Shown here one piece after another: positions 1-9,910 of a stretch of DNA of 64,000 nucleotides (position 1 is the first letter of the stretch; every line of letters begins with the position of its first letter). A program made the translations under genes and the position numbers. The notes under the pieces were generated by a model. That model was not told the DNA's origin, did no database searches, and was given only the letters and a program-made list of their open reading frames with translations. Source of the stretch: an uncultured Gammaproteobacteria bacterium (GTDB lineage: Bacteria; Patescibacteriota; Microgenomatia; Levybacterales; UBA12049); assembly GCA_964490105.1 (NCBI GenBank), contig CAZAZU010000001.1, forward strand, positions 370,361 to 434,360. The letters are read 5' to 3'.

Positions 1-11
1 TTGATGAGCAT
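1..11 (-). CDS. possible 5' end of cell division protein FtsZ (truncated by window edge)
   Basis: ATG CTC ATC AA. on the minus strand just downstream of ftsA, preceded by an extended -10-like TGCTATAGT at 64-72; only 3 codons visible, so identity rests on synteny. Confidence 0.3.
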
Positions 12-88
12 AGTCCCGAAATCGTAACAGATGACTTATCTTTTTGCAATAGGTCTAAACATTACTATAGCAATATTTACGAGTCTAA

Positions 89-1378
89 TTAGGGTATGAA
101 TGACTTTATAAGATCTATTATTTTCTTAGGAGCTTTACCCATCCTGATTTGAGGAATTCCGGGAATCTGCATTTTAAAATTAGATGTGGATTCTACCCCC
201 ATCATTGCACCATAAATTGAAAGCCCTACTACAGCTGAGTAAGGAGAATCCTGTATTTCATCAATTATTCCTTTTATATTTGTCGGCTGTCCAATTCTTA
301 CCGGCATGGCGAGCATTCTCTTTGCACAATCGACCGCTCCTACTGTTCGCGCGCCTCCTCCTGTTATGACCAATCCTGATGGAGTCTGTCCACCGAATCC
401 GGATTTCTTAATTTCAAGTCCGACCATAGTAAATATTTCATTAAGTCGGGGTCTAATAATACCGTCAATTAAAGTTTTCTGAGAAACTTTACTCAATTGC
501 TCAGGTAGTCCTAAAGAGGCCAAGTCTACTTCGTCCGACGCTTTCTTTTCCTTAGCTTCTCCTTCTCCCTCATCAAATCTAAGCACTTTTTTTATAGGTT
601 TTGAGAGGAAAAGTTTTACTTTTTCAGCAGACTCAAGTGAAATTCTAAGTCCGATAGCTAAATCATTCGTGATATGTCTTGCTCCGATTGGCAAAACTCC
701 CGAAAAAGCTTGGGAACCATCAATGTAAATTGAAATATCAGTAGTCCCCGCACCGATATCAACCAGCACAACTCCAAGCTCTTTTTCTGTGTCAGATAAA
801 ACTGACAAACCTGAAGAATAACCTGAGAAAACTAAGGCATCCACATCAACTCCGACCTGAGAAAATGCCTTTTCTAAATTTCTAACAGTTGGACTTCCTG
901 CGGTAATAATATGTGTCTCTACCTCTAATCTTGTACCGCTCATTCCAACTGGATCTTTTATTCCTTCTTGGCCATCTACTGTATAACTTCTAGGTAAAAC
1001 GTGAATTATTTCTCGGGTAGATGGGAGAGAAATTGCTTTTGCGGCGTCAATAACACGGGACACATCAGTAGAATTAATTTCACCCTCAGGCTGTGCAACA
1101 GCGACAACTCCTCTAGAGTTTTGAGATTCTATGTTCCCGCCGCCAACGGATGCAATGATTCGAGATACAGATACTCCAGCCATTCTTTCTGCCGCTTCAA
1201 TTGAGGAATTGATCGCAAGAACAGCCTCTTCAATATTTACAATTTGTCCTTTTTTTATGCCCGTTGAGGGTACTTCTGAGACACCCATAACATTTACGAA
1301 TTCATCAACTCGCGTTATTATGGTTATGATTTTTGAGGTACCTATGTCTACTCCAACAACAATTTTTCCTTCAGTCAT
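89..1378 (-). CDS. ftsA: cell division protein FtsA
   Basis: VGVDIGTSKI and VLVDIGAGTTD actin-like ATPase motifs, ITNDLAIGL, VITGGGA; last full gene of the dcw cluster. Confidence 0.97.
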   Translation of the reverse strand: MTEGKIVVGVDIGTSKIITIITRVDEFVNVMGVSEVPSTGIKKGQIVNIEEAVLAINSSIEAAERMAGVSVSRIIASVGGGNIESQNSRGVVAVAQPEGEINSTDVSRVIDAAKAISLPSTREIIHVLPRSYTVDGQEGIKDPVGMSGTRLEVETHIITAGSPTVRNLEKAFSQVGVDVDALVFSGYSSGLSVLSDTEKELGVVLVDIGAGTTDISIYIDGSQAFSGVLPIGARHITNDLAIGLRISLESAEKVKLFLSKPIKKVLRFDEGEGEAKEKKASDEVDLASLGLPEQLSKVSQKTLIDGIIRPRLNEIFTMVGLEIKKSGFGGQTPSGLVITGGGARTVGAVDCAKRMLAMPVRIGQPTNIKGIIDEIQDSPYSAVVGLSIYGAMMGVESTSNFKMQIPGIPQIRMGKAPKKIIDLIKSFIP

Positions 1379-1381
1379 GAT

Positions 1382-1798
1382 TTAAAATGCAATGATCGGT
1401 TTTTGATAACTAAAATCAAGACGTTTAAACGCCTTACCCTCTATTTTAAGCTGAGAGAGGATGAGTTGTAAAGAGGTTATCTGTTCTTCTAAATCTTTTT
1501 TAGGATCTATTATCGCCTCAGCATTATCTTCAAATATTATTTTATACTTCAGGTCTTTTGTAGTCTCCAGATCTTTATATGCAATTTTCTTTTCGCGAAG
1601 AGAATTTACTATCAGTTTTCCATTTGAAGTTTGATCTTTTGAGAGCGGGTTAATAATAGGCGGATCTTTCTCTAGGAACACCATGAAAAAAAGCATAGAA
1701 GCAATAATTAGAAGACCAAGAAAAATTAAAATTATTCCGAGTCTTTTTCTGGAGACTTCCTTCTTCTGTTTTTTAGTTAGAGTTCTTCGAGGCAGCAT
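1382..1798 (-). CDS. FtsQ/DivIB-like bitopic membrane protein, shortened
   Basis: Basic N-terminus, one TM helix, C-terminal RLDFSYQKPII resembling the FtsQ (I/L)DLR beta-strand; lies between murG and ftsA. Confidence 0.55.
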   Translation of the reverse strand: MLPRRTLTKKQKKEVSRKRLGIILIFLGLLIIASMLFFMVFLEKDPPIINPLSKDQTSNGKLIVNSLREKKIAYKDLETTKDLKYKIIFEDNAEAIIDPKKDLEEQITSLQLILSQLKIEGKAFKRLDFSYQKPIIAF

Positions 1799-2876
1799 AA
1801 ATTTCCTGAGCTATTTTCTGGGCTGCATTTTTGGGAAAATGTGATTTATGATGTTTTATTTTATAATTCTTGAGATTATCCATCATCCATGTTACTTCTC
1901 TTAAAAAAATGTCAGGAGTTAAAGATTTTTGATATCCTACTTCCCCGAGTCCTAGTTTTTTTAAAAACTCTGCATTCTTTATCTGTTCATCTTTTTGAGA
2001 AATTGGCAAGGGAATTAAATAAGATGGTTTTTCTAAAACAATAAGTTCTGAAATAGTATTTACCCCAGCCCTTGAAATAACAAGATCAGCCCTTTTCATT
2101 ACAGCTCCTACTTCATATGGTGAATAAAATTTGGAAATAATATACCTGTCTCTTTTTCCATTATTTAGCCCGTCTTTAAGAATCGTCAATTTGTCAAAAT
2201 CTTTAAACTCCTTGGAGTCACCTGTTTGATGGATAAGAATATATTTATCTAAAAGCTTAGCAAGCGTCTGAGAAATTAAATGATTTATAAAATGTGACCC
2301 CTGACTTCCGCCCGTTATGTAAATAACCGGGTCTTTTGAATATAATGAAAACCTTTTTCTCGGATAATAAATAGTTTGCCTAACTGGATTTCCGGTAAGT
2401 ACTACTTTTTCTCTAGGAAAATATTTAAGCGAGGTATCAAAAGAAATGCAAACTTTATCAGCAAATTTAGAGATAAACCTATTTGCACCACCCGCCTCAA
2501 GCGTCTGTTCGTGAATTACGACCGGAATTTTCAAGGCTTTTGCAGCAAGTGTCACTGGAACACTAACATAACCCCCGAATCCCACGACAACGTCCGGCTT
2601 AAATCTTTTTAAGATTAAAACTGCACGAAGAAATCCTCCTGGAGTTTTTGCAAATGAAGGAAGAGTATGACGAGTCAAAGATCTTTGAAATCTGCCGGTT
2701 TTTATTTCCGCGAATGGAATTTTCTTTTCAAGAATGGTAGTGTACTCAAGAGAAACTGCCTTGTCTCCCTCAATAGCGTGTTTTCTTCCGATATAAAGAA
2801 TGTCAGCTTTTCCCTCAAGCTCTTCAATAACTGAAAGCGCAGGTGTCAGATGTCCGCCAATTATTACAATTTTCAT
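1773..2876 (-). CDS. murG: undecaprenyl-PP-MurNAc-pentapeptide GlcNAc transferase MurG
   Basis: GGHLTPA, GFGGYVS, IHEQ, TGNPVR, TGGSQG and SRAG motifs. Confidence 0.96.
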   Translation of the reverse strand: MKIVIIGGHLTPALSVIEELEGKADILYIGRKHAIEGDKAVSLEYTTILEKKIPFAEIKTGRFQRSLTRHTLPSFAKTPGGFLRAVLILKRFKPDVVVGFGGYVSVPVTLAAKALKIPVVIHEQTLEAGGANRFISKFADKVCISFDTSLKYFPREKVVLTGNPVRQTIYYPRKRFSLYSKDPVIYITGGSQGSHFINHLISQTLAKLLDKYILIHQTGDSKEFKDFDKLTILKDGLNNGKRDRYIISKFYSPYEVGAVMKRADLVISRAGVNTISELIVLEKPSYLIPLPISQKDEQIKNAEFLKKLGLGEVGYQKSLTPDIFLREVTWMMDNLKNYKIKHHKSHFPKNAAQKIAQEIYAASKNSN

Positions 2877-2881
2877 AAATT

Positions 2882-2909
2882 AATTTTCAATTTACAATTT
2901 TTAATTTTC
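2882..2909. repeat. degenerate 7-bp tandem repeat (AATTTTC/AATTTAC/AATTTTT/AATTTTC) in the ftsW-murG spacer
   Basis: Four consecutive heptamers read directly at 2882-2909 inside an 81-bp almost GC-free spacer. Confidence 0.7.
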
Positions 2910-2957
2910 ATTGAATTTTTAAACATTTAGATTTCATTTCAAATTTTAAATTAAAAA

Positions 2958-4097
2958 TTATCTGTGCCATTTCTTAAACAAACTTACACTTGGTTGAGAT
3001 GCGCTCTGGCGCGAAATATTTAGAAGAATTCCAATTGAAATTAGATTAACTGTTAAGGCAGATCCTCCATAAGAAATAAATGGAAGCGGTACTCCGGTAA
3101 GTGGAAGAAGTGCAGTTTGTGCTCCCAGATTAACTGCTGCTTGAAGCGCGAGATAAGAGGTAAGTCCTCCTGCTAATAATTTTCCAAACGAATCTTTGGC
3201 TCTAACTGAGATATAAAAACCTCTATAAATCACAAATAACATAACTAATATAAAAATTGTAACACCAAAAAATCCCACCTCTTCAGCTATTATTGCAAAA
3301 ATTGAATCAGTGGTCGCTTCCGGAAGATATGCATATTTCTGAAGAGAATTTCCAATACCGACTCCAAAAAGTCCGCCGGAACCTAGAGCAATTAGAATTT
3401 GTCTTAAGTGATATGAGGAAGTTGCGATATCCTGGTGAGGATTTAAAAATGTAGCCAGTCTTGCAGCTCTATAAGGCTCAAGCAAGATTAACCCCAGTCC
3501 TCCGATTCCGACAACTGGGGCAAGCGCTAAAATATGTAATATACTTCCTCCTGAAAGAAAATATAAAATAACTGAAAGCCCGAGTATAACTACTGCTGTT
3601 CCCATATCAGGTTGAAGCATAACAAGCCCTATTACAAATCCAATTAACATAAGAAATGCTATGAATCTCCCTTTTTCTTTGGTTGAAAACCAAGCTGATA
3701 AATAAATCACAAGTGAAAGTTTTACCACCTCTGATGGCTGCAATACGAAAAATCCTAAATTAATCCATCTTTTTGCTCCTAATGCTGATATTCCAAGCCC
3801 TGGTACGAAAACTAAAAATAAAAGTCCGATAGCTGTAAGAAGAATCGGGAGAGCAAGATTATAATACTTATGGTAATCAATAAATGAGACTACTGTTAAT
3901 GCGCTAAAACCTATGACTACCCACATCATTTGATCTTTTATATAACGATATTTATCTCCGAAATCTCTGAAAGCTACATAACTTGAGGCATCGTAAATCA
4001 TGAATAACCCGAAGGCAGTTAAAATCATGACCGATAAAAGTAAGGAAAAATCTGACTTTCTTATTGAGATTTTTTTTACTTTCAACATGGTATTCAT
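2958..4097 (-). CDS. ftsW: peptidoglycan glycosyltransferase FtsW (SEDS family)
   Basis: GAKRWI, QPSE, LQPDMGT, LPEATTDSIFAIIAEEVG, GVPLPFISYGGS; upstream of murG. Confidence 0.95.
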   Translation of the reverse strand: MNTMLKVKKISIRKSDFSLLLSVMILTAFGLFMIYDASSYVAFRDFGDKYRYIKDQMMWVVIGFSALTVVSFIDYHKYYNLALPILLTAIGLLFLVFVPGLGISALGAKRWINLGFFVLQPSEVVKLSLVIYLSAWFSTKEKGRFIAFLMLIGFVIGLVMLQPDMGTAVVILGLSVILYFLSGGSILHILALAPVVGIGGLGLILLEPYRAARLATFLNPHQDIATSSYHLRQILIALGSGGLFGVGIGNSLQKYAYLPEATTDSIFAIIAEEVGFFGVTIFILVMLFVIYRGFYISVRAKDSFGKLLAGGLTSYLALQAAVNLGAQTALLPLTGVPLPFISYGGSALTVNLISIGILLNISRQSASQPSVSLFKKWHR

Positions 4098-4137
4098 ATA
4101 GTATACGTAAAAAAATGAAAGGGAGAAAGAGGGCGCG

Positions 4138-5160
4138 TTACTTAGATAAAACCGCTATAAATAGACCTAAAACTGCAAAGAAAAATCCTAAGAGCCATGC
4201 ACGCATTACAATCTTTGGTTCTTCCCATCCTCTTTTTAGGAGAAGCAAATGAAAAGGTGCAACCGGAAAAATTTTTCTCCCTAAATATTTCTTGCTTAAA
4301 ATCTGAAGTAGAGATGATCCAATCTCAATAATAAACACTCCTCCAATTACAGCAAGAGCTAAAATCTTGTTGTTTAAGAGACCAATAACAGCGAGTGACG
4401 CACCAAGTGACATAGACCCCACATCTCCCAGCCAGATCCTTGCTTTATAAATATTAAAGTATAAAAATGCAGAAACGCTTCCAATCAAAATCGCGATAAA
4501 AATCGCGAGTGTTGAATCAAGAGCAGTTGAAGAAATTGCCAAAAATGCACCAAGACAAATAAGAAGTAACCCCGGCGCTAGACCATCAAGTCCATCTGCG
4601 ATATTAAATGCGTTAACAAAGGAAACAATTGCAAACATTGAAAGGAAAATATAAAAAATTCCTAAATCTAATGTTCCAATTCCGGTAATAAAAATTGATT
4701 TATACCCGAGAGGAAAATATAGAATTAATGAAATTAAAAATGCGAGACCCCATTGGATTAAGAATTTATGGCGAAATCTTAGACCAAAAAACGCGTGTTT
4801 CGTGGGATTATTTACAAGTTTTTTAATATCATCATAAAGACCTAAGATTCCAAAACTTATAAACGAAAAGAGAAGTGCCAACACTTCCCAAAGCTTTATG
4901 TCTACGCTAAAAATTCCATAGCTCCAGAGAGATAAAACGGTTACAACTCCTATAATCAAAGCACCCCCTCCAAAGGGGGTTCCGACTTTCCATTTGTTTG
5001 ACTTATCAAAAAAAGGCGTAGGCTTATTAAAAATATCTACTGTCCTTTGATTTTGACGTCTAAGCTTTACTTTATACAAAAAGTCTATGAATGGAATTAT
5101 AAGAATTCCAGTCGCGACAGTGGACAAAAGCATGAGTCCTAAAAGCTTTGCTAAATCCAT
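4138..5160 (-). CDS. mraY: phospho-MurNAc-pentapeptide transferase MraY
   Basis: GTPFGGG, GLYDD, NAFNIADGLDGL, WLGDVGS, APFH and GWEEPKIVMR motifs. Confidence 0.95.
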   Translation of the reverse strand: MDLAKLLGLMLLSTVATGILIIPFIDFLYKVKLRRQNQRTVDIFNKPTPFFDKSNKWKVGTPFGGGALIIGVVTVLSLWSYGIFSVDIKLWEVLALLFSFISFGILGLYDDIKKLVNNPTKHAFFGLRFRHKFLIQWGLAFLISLILYFPLGYKSIFITGIGTLDLGIFYIFLSMFAIVSFVNAFNIADGLDGLAPGLLLICLGAFLAISSTALDSTLAIFIAILIGSVSAFLYFNIYKARIWLGDVGSMSLGASLAVIGLLNNKILALAVIGGVFIIEIGSSLLQILSKKYLGRKIFPVAPFHLLLLKRGWEEPKIVMRAWLLGFFFAVLGLFIAVLSK

Positions 5161-5208
5161 AGATTATAATTATATCTTTTGATACACTTTTATTCAAATT
5201 TTGGAGTT

Positions 5209-5949
5209 TTACGAGTTTAGTTTTTGAAATAGATTTTCAGCTTCACGGAGTTCATCTGGAGTATTTACGCCTCTCCATGCAATAGAACCTCCCTTAACTG
5301 CCTCAAATTTTTCGTTATTAATTTGAGCAAGTTCAATTAAATTAACTAAATAATATTCACCGGTAACTTCGCTTTTCTTAACTTGAGGCAAAAATTTTCT
5401 CAAGAATGAGACGCTAAAAACATAACAAGCTGGATTTATTTCTTTAATTTTCTTTTCATCTTCCCCTGCATCTTTTTCTTCAACAATTCTTAACACTACT
5501 CCATTCTCATCTCTCACTACTCTTCCAAGACCAGTCGGATCGGATAATTCTACAGTTAAAAAGGTTAACGCATTTTTATTCGCAAGATGAGTATCTATCA
5601 TTTTTCTTAGAGCTTCTTCTTTGTAGAATGCTGAATCATCCCCCTGAATAACTAGAATATTTTCAACACCATCTGGCAACTGTGAAATTGCAGTTTGAAC
5701 AGCATGCGCAGTCCCAAGTCTCTCTAGCTGCTCAGCATAAATTACATCTTTCGTTACCGCTTTCATCACTGATTCTTTTGCAAAACCTACTACAATTACT
5801 ACCGGGTCTACATTTAAACGTTCCAGAAGATCGAGTCCGTGCACTATCATGGGCTTACCGGCAAGAGGAAGTGCTACTTTATTTGTTGTAGTTGAATTCA
5901 TGCGAGTTCCCTTACCCGCGGCTAAAATTACTCCTCCTATTTTATTCAT
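5209..5949 (-). CDS. GlmU-like sugar-1-phosphate nucleotidyltransferase, N-terminal domain only
   Basis: ILAAGKGTRM, EQLERLGTAHA, GLGRVVRD, IVEEKDA, GEYYL, GVNT; ends before the left-handed beta-helix acetyltransferase domain. Confidence 0.85.
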   Translation of the reverse strand: MNKIGGVILAAGKGTRMNSTTTNKVALPLAGKPMIVHGLDLLERLNVDPVVIVVGFAKESVMKAVTKDVIYAEQLERLGTAHAVQTAISQLPDGVENILVIQGDDSAFYKEEALRKMIDTHLANKNALTFLTVELSDPTGLGRVVRDENGVVLRIVEEKDAGEDEKKIKEINPACYVFSVSFLRKFLPQVKKSEVTGEYYLVNLIELAQINNEKFEAVKGGSIAWRGVNTPDELREAENLFQKLNS

Positions 5950-7276
5950 CTCTTTCCCGAACTACCTCTGCTCCTAAATTATTTAGTCTATCCTCAAACT
6001 TTTCATAACCTCTATCTAAATGGTGAACCTCTAAGATAACACTTTCCCCCTGCGCTGCTAAGGCAGCTAAAACAAGTGTGGCTCCGGCTCTGAGATCAGT
6101 TATCGTTACTACAGCGTTATGTAGATTTGTAGGTCCAGTTATTTTCGCAGCGTGTTTGTTGTCTTTTTTATCATCTTCTATATTAAAATTATAAAACTCT
6201 TCAGGATTCTCAACCTCTGGATTAAATAACTCAATTTCTGCTCCCATTTTCTGAAGCTCTCTCACATAACTAAATCTGCTTTCGTAAACTCTTTCATGAA
6301 TTATTGACTCTCCGACGGCTTGAGTCATGAGAACAGCCCATGGCGCTTGCCAATCCGTCATAAATCCTGGATAAACCCATGTCTCTATGTCCGTTGCTGT
6401 AATCTGGCCTTTATAAAAAAATCTGATACCATTTTCTTTTATTTCTACTCCTCCTCCAATTACCTCTAGTTTATTTACAAATTCCAAAATATCTGTTTTT
6501 CTTATATTCTCTATAAAAATATCCCCTCTTGTGATAATTGCAGCAATCGCTAAGGTCACTGCTTCATTTCTATCGGGCCCGATCTGGAAAGTTGCCCCGC
6601 TTAGCTTTTCAACTCCGGTAATTTCAATTGTTCTCTTATCTTTCTTAACTATTCGAGCTCCCATTTTATTTAAGAAAGAAATTAATTCATCTATCTCTGG
6701 TTCTTCCGCAGCATTTCTTAGAGTCGTTACACCCTTAGCTAATACTGCTGCCATAAGAAGTGTTTCTGTTCCAGTGTGAGTGCTTTTTTTAAAAGTGTAA
6801 TCTGCGCCAGTTAATCCGTTTGGTGCTTTCATATAAAAGTACCCATCAGAGCTTCTGTACTCAATTTCGACTCCCATGGCCCTTAGCCCCTCAACAGTTC
6901 TATCAATCGGCCTTGCGCCAATTCTGCATCCTCCGGGATTCGGAATTATTGCCTCATTCATTCTTGCGAGAAGCGGGGACATAAAAAGAGCTGAAGTTCT
7001 GATTTCAGCGCTATTCTCAAGATCTATTTTTGTCTTTGAAAAATTTGGTAAATTTACAATCAGCCTGTGATCATCTTTTTTAACACTTCCCCCAAGTTCT
7101 TCGATAATATCCACCATAGTAAATAAATCTGAAATTAGAGGTACATTTTCTATGACTATTTCCTCATTTGTTAAACATGCAGCAACTAGCGCTTTCAATG
7201 CGACATTTTTAGCTCCACTAACTTGAGTAGTTCCACTTAATTTTTTACCGCCAGTTATTATAAATTTATCATCCAT
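5942..7276 (-). CDS. murA: UDP-GlcNAc 1-carboxyvinyltransferase MurA
   Basis: SGAKN, PGGCRIGARP (catalytic Cys), YPGFMTD, TDLRAGA, LDRGYE. Confidence 0.97.
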   Translation of the reverse strand: MDDKFIITGGKKLSGTTQVSGAKNVALKALVAACLTNEEIVIENVPLISDLFTMVDIIEELGGSVKKDDHRLIVNLPNFSKTKIDLENSAEIRTSALFMSPLLARMNEAIIPNPGGCRIGARPIDRTVEGLRAMGVEIEYRSSDGYFYMKAPNGLTGADYTFKKSTHTGTETLLMAAVLAKGVTTLRNAAEEPEIDELISFLNKMGARIVKKDKRTIEITGVEKLSGATFQIGPDRNEAVTLAIAAIITRGDIFIENIRKTDILEFVNKLEVIGGGVEIKENGIRFFYKGQITATDIETWVYPGFMTDWQAPWAVLMTQAVGESIIHERVYESRFSYVRELQKMGAEIELFNPEVENPEEFYNFNIEDDKKDNKHAAKITGPTNLHNAVVTITDLRAGATLVLAALAAQGESVILEVHHLDRGYEKFEDRLNNLGAEVVRERDE

Positions 7277-8693
7277 CTAAAATTTCCTTTCCAATTTTAT
7301 AAACATCCCCTGCTCCCATTGTTATTATAAGGGTATTTTTATCAAAAGTCTTAGAAGTCACGTATTTTACCACATCAGAAAGCAACGGAAAATAAAACGC
7401 ATCTTTTCCAAACTTTTTTATTTCAGAAACTAATAAGCTTGAAGAAAAATTCTCGTCAATTTTCTCTCTGAATGATGGAAATATTTCCGCAATCAAAACT
7501 AGATCTGCATCAGAAAAGGAAGTAGAAAATTCTTTAAAAAGAGCTTTTGTTCTTGAATACATGTGCGGTTGGAAAACAGGAATTATTTTGTATTTTGGAA
7601 ACGCTTTTCGAAAAGCCATAAGCGTATTTTTTATTTCAACTGGATGATGCGCATAGTCGTCATATAAAAGTCCTCCTCCGGGAAGGCTTCCGATAAATTC
7701 AGATCTTCTCTTAGTTCCCTTAAAATTACCAAGCCCCTTTTTTATCTGCTCTACGGTTAGCCCTGCTTCAATTCCAGTAACTATTGCACCCAATGCATTT
7801 AGTGCATTTTGCTCCCCAAACACATTCATTGAAAATTGCCCTAAGGAAGCTCCGTGAGACTTTACCCAGAAAAACATTTTGTCACTTACAAAATTAACCT
7901 TCTCTAAAACATAATCATTATCAGGAGACATTCCATAGGTAATTTTCCTTGTGTTTACTCTTTTTAGGAAATCTCGATTATCAGCGCCATCACCGCAAGC
8001 AATTAAAACTCCTGATGGGGTAATTTTTTCTGTAAAATCTATAAATACTTTTTTTATTTCTTCTAAACTCCCGTAAATATCCGGATGATCAAAATCAATA
8101 TTAGTCACAACGAGTATCTGAGGGTTCTGATATAAAAACTTAGGAACTTTATCATCTATTATATCTGCAAAATATTCATCAGATTCAGTTATGAAATAAT
8201 TACCGCGTCCGTAGTGCCCCGATGAACCAAGAGAAGGTATATCAGATGTTCCGATTACATACGAAGGATTTAATCCTGCACTTTCAAATATAGTAGCAAC
8301 CATTGCAGTTGTAGTAGTTTTACCATGAGAACCGGCCACAGATATTCCTTTTAATTTTTTTCCAAAAATATCTCCTTTTTGAAAAACACCAAGCGCCTGA
8401 CCCTGATTCAAAACATTTATCCCAAACTCTTTTGCTTTTAAAACCTCTGGATTTTCTGATCCCCCGTGCGCTGCGGTAGCAATTACAAGATCTACTCCTT
8501 CAATGTTTGATTCTGAAAATTCTTCAATCTTAATAATCCCGGCTTTATTTAACTCTTTGTCTGTAATAAATACGTCAGGGACGTCTGAACCAGTGACCTT
8601 AAACCCGGCTTCTTTGGCGATAATCGCAAGCGGAGTCATACCAACACCCTTTATACCTGTAAAGTGGATTTTCTTAATTTTTTTATAATCCAT
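7269..8693 (-). CDS. murC: UDP-MurNAc-L-alanine ligase MurC
   Basis: HFTGIKGVGM, GSHGKTTTT, ESDE, DDYAHHP, FQPH. Confidence 0.96.
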   Translation of the reverse strand: MDYKKIKKIHFTGIKGVGMTPLAIIAKEAGFKVTGSDVPDVFITDKELNKAGIIKIEEFSESNIEGVDLVIATAAHGGSENPEVLKAKEFGINVLNQGQALGVFQKGDIFGKKLKGISVAGSHGKTTTTAMVATIFESAGLNPSYVIGTSDIPSLGSSGHYGRGNYFITESDEYFADIIDDKVPKFLYQNPQILVVTNIDFDHPDIYGSLEEIKKVFIDFTEKITPSGVLIACGDGADNRDFLKRVNTRKITYGMSPDNDYVLEKVNFVSDKMFFWVKSHGASLGQFSMNVFGEQNALNALGAIVTGIEAGLTVEQIKKGLGNFKGTKRRSEFIGSLPGGGLLYDDYAHHPVEIKNTLMAFRKAFPKYKIIPVFQPHMYSRTKALFKEFSTSFSDADLVLIAEIFPSFREKIDENFSSSLLVSEIKKFGKDAFYFPLLSDVVKYVTSKTFDKNTLIITMGAGDVYKIGKEILDG

Positions 8694-8702
8694 ATTTTAA
8701 AA

Positions 8703-9890
8703 TTATTTTCGAGTTCTAATTGCGCTCTCTACTACTTTGTATTCGTCCCATGGCAAATCGCTGTTTCCATACGTCATAGATTTCTCGTGAGCTTTTCCAG
8801 TTATTACAACTAGATCGCCTTTTCCAGCCATTTCAATTGCGGCATTTATCGCATCTTTCCGGTCGGCCATCTTAAATACTTTTGCATCTTTTTTCTTTAT
8901 TCCGCTCGCGATCTCATCCATTATCTTATTTACGTCCTCACTTCTCGGATCCTCAGCGGTCAAAATTAAAATATCCGCATGTTTTGAAGAAGTTTCTCCC
9001 ATAAAAGGTCTTTTGGCATGATCCCTTTCCCCAGCTGAACCGAAAACATGAATTATTCTGCCTTTTGCTTGCGAACGCAACGAACCAAGTAATTGATCAA
9101 AAGCGTTTGGCGTGTGTGCAAAATCTATAAGAACCGCAAACTCTTCTTCATACACAAAATCTACTCTTCCAAGAGGAAGTTTAAATGTTTTTATAGCGCT
9201 TCTTATTTCTTCATTAGAAAGCCCTAACGACTTAGCAACAGCTGCCGCAGCTAGAACATTGTACTTATTAAAACTATCTATCATTACACTAGATTCAAAA
9301 GAAAAATTCTTGATATTAACATCAGAACTTTCAGTAAATCCATAGGTAATCCAATTTTTATTTTCTTTAGTATTTTTTGCTTCTGATAAAAGCGTATAGG
9401 AACCATCATCTCTGTTAACAACTGCGATTTTTGCCATTATTAAAAGTTTTTCTTTGGTATGCAGATAATTATCAAAGGTCTTGTGATAGTCTAAATGTTC
9501 GCTAGTTATATTTGTTAACACTCCTATCTTAAAAGGCACACCCCAGATCCTATGTTGATCAAGAGCATGAGAAGTTACCTCCAGAACAAAATATTCGCTG
9601 CCGGATTGCACTGCTTGTCTGAGAAATTTTTGAAGCGCAAACGGATTAGGGGTTGTTACATGAAACCCGGTTTCATATTCACGTTTTCCGACAGACGCAC
9701 CTATACTTGTAAGCATAGAAACATTCTTACCACTTGATTTTAAAATGTGATAAATCAGATTAACTGTTGTAGTTTTTCCATCGGTTCCGGTAACACCGAT
9801 TACAGTTAGTTTCCTGCCTGGAAAAAGATATGTTAGGTTTGCGAATAAAGCAACTATATTATGGTAAACGTTTTTTATTTTTTGAAACAT
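8703..9890 (-). CDS. murE: UDP-MurNAc-dipeptide amino acid ligase MurE (lacks N-terminal domain)
   Basis: GVTGTDGKTTT, EVTSH, EHLDYH, DFAHTP, GERD, EDPR, GKAHE. Confidence 0.92.
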   Translation of the reverse strand: MFQKIKNVYHNIVALFANLTYLFPGRKLTVIGVTGTDGKTTTVNLIYHILKSSGKNVSMLTSIGASVGKREYETGFHVTTPNPFALQKFLRQAVQSGSEYFVLEVTSHALDQHRIWGVPFKIGVLTNITSEHLDYHKTFDNYLHTKEKLLIMAKIAVVNRDDGSYTLLSEAKNTKENKNWITYGFTESSDVNIKNFSFESSVMIDSFNKYNVLAAAAVAKSLGLSNEEIRSAIKTFKLPLGRVDFVYEEEFAVLIDFAHTPNAFDQLLGSLRSQAKGRIIHVFGSAGERDHAKRPFMGETSSKHADILILTAEDPRSEDVNKIMDEIASGIKKKDAKVFKMADRKDAINAAIEMAGKGDLVVITGKAHEKSMTYGNSDLPWDEYKVVESAIRTRK

Positions 9891-9910
9891 ATATTAATTA
9901 TACTAATTAA

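Noticed and set aside
4098-4137. TATACT as a leaderless promoter for ftsW
   Set aside because: Spacing to the candidate ATGs is 2 or 11 nt, outside the 6-8 nt pattern, so it was not counted in that set
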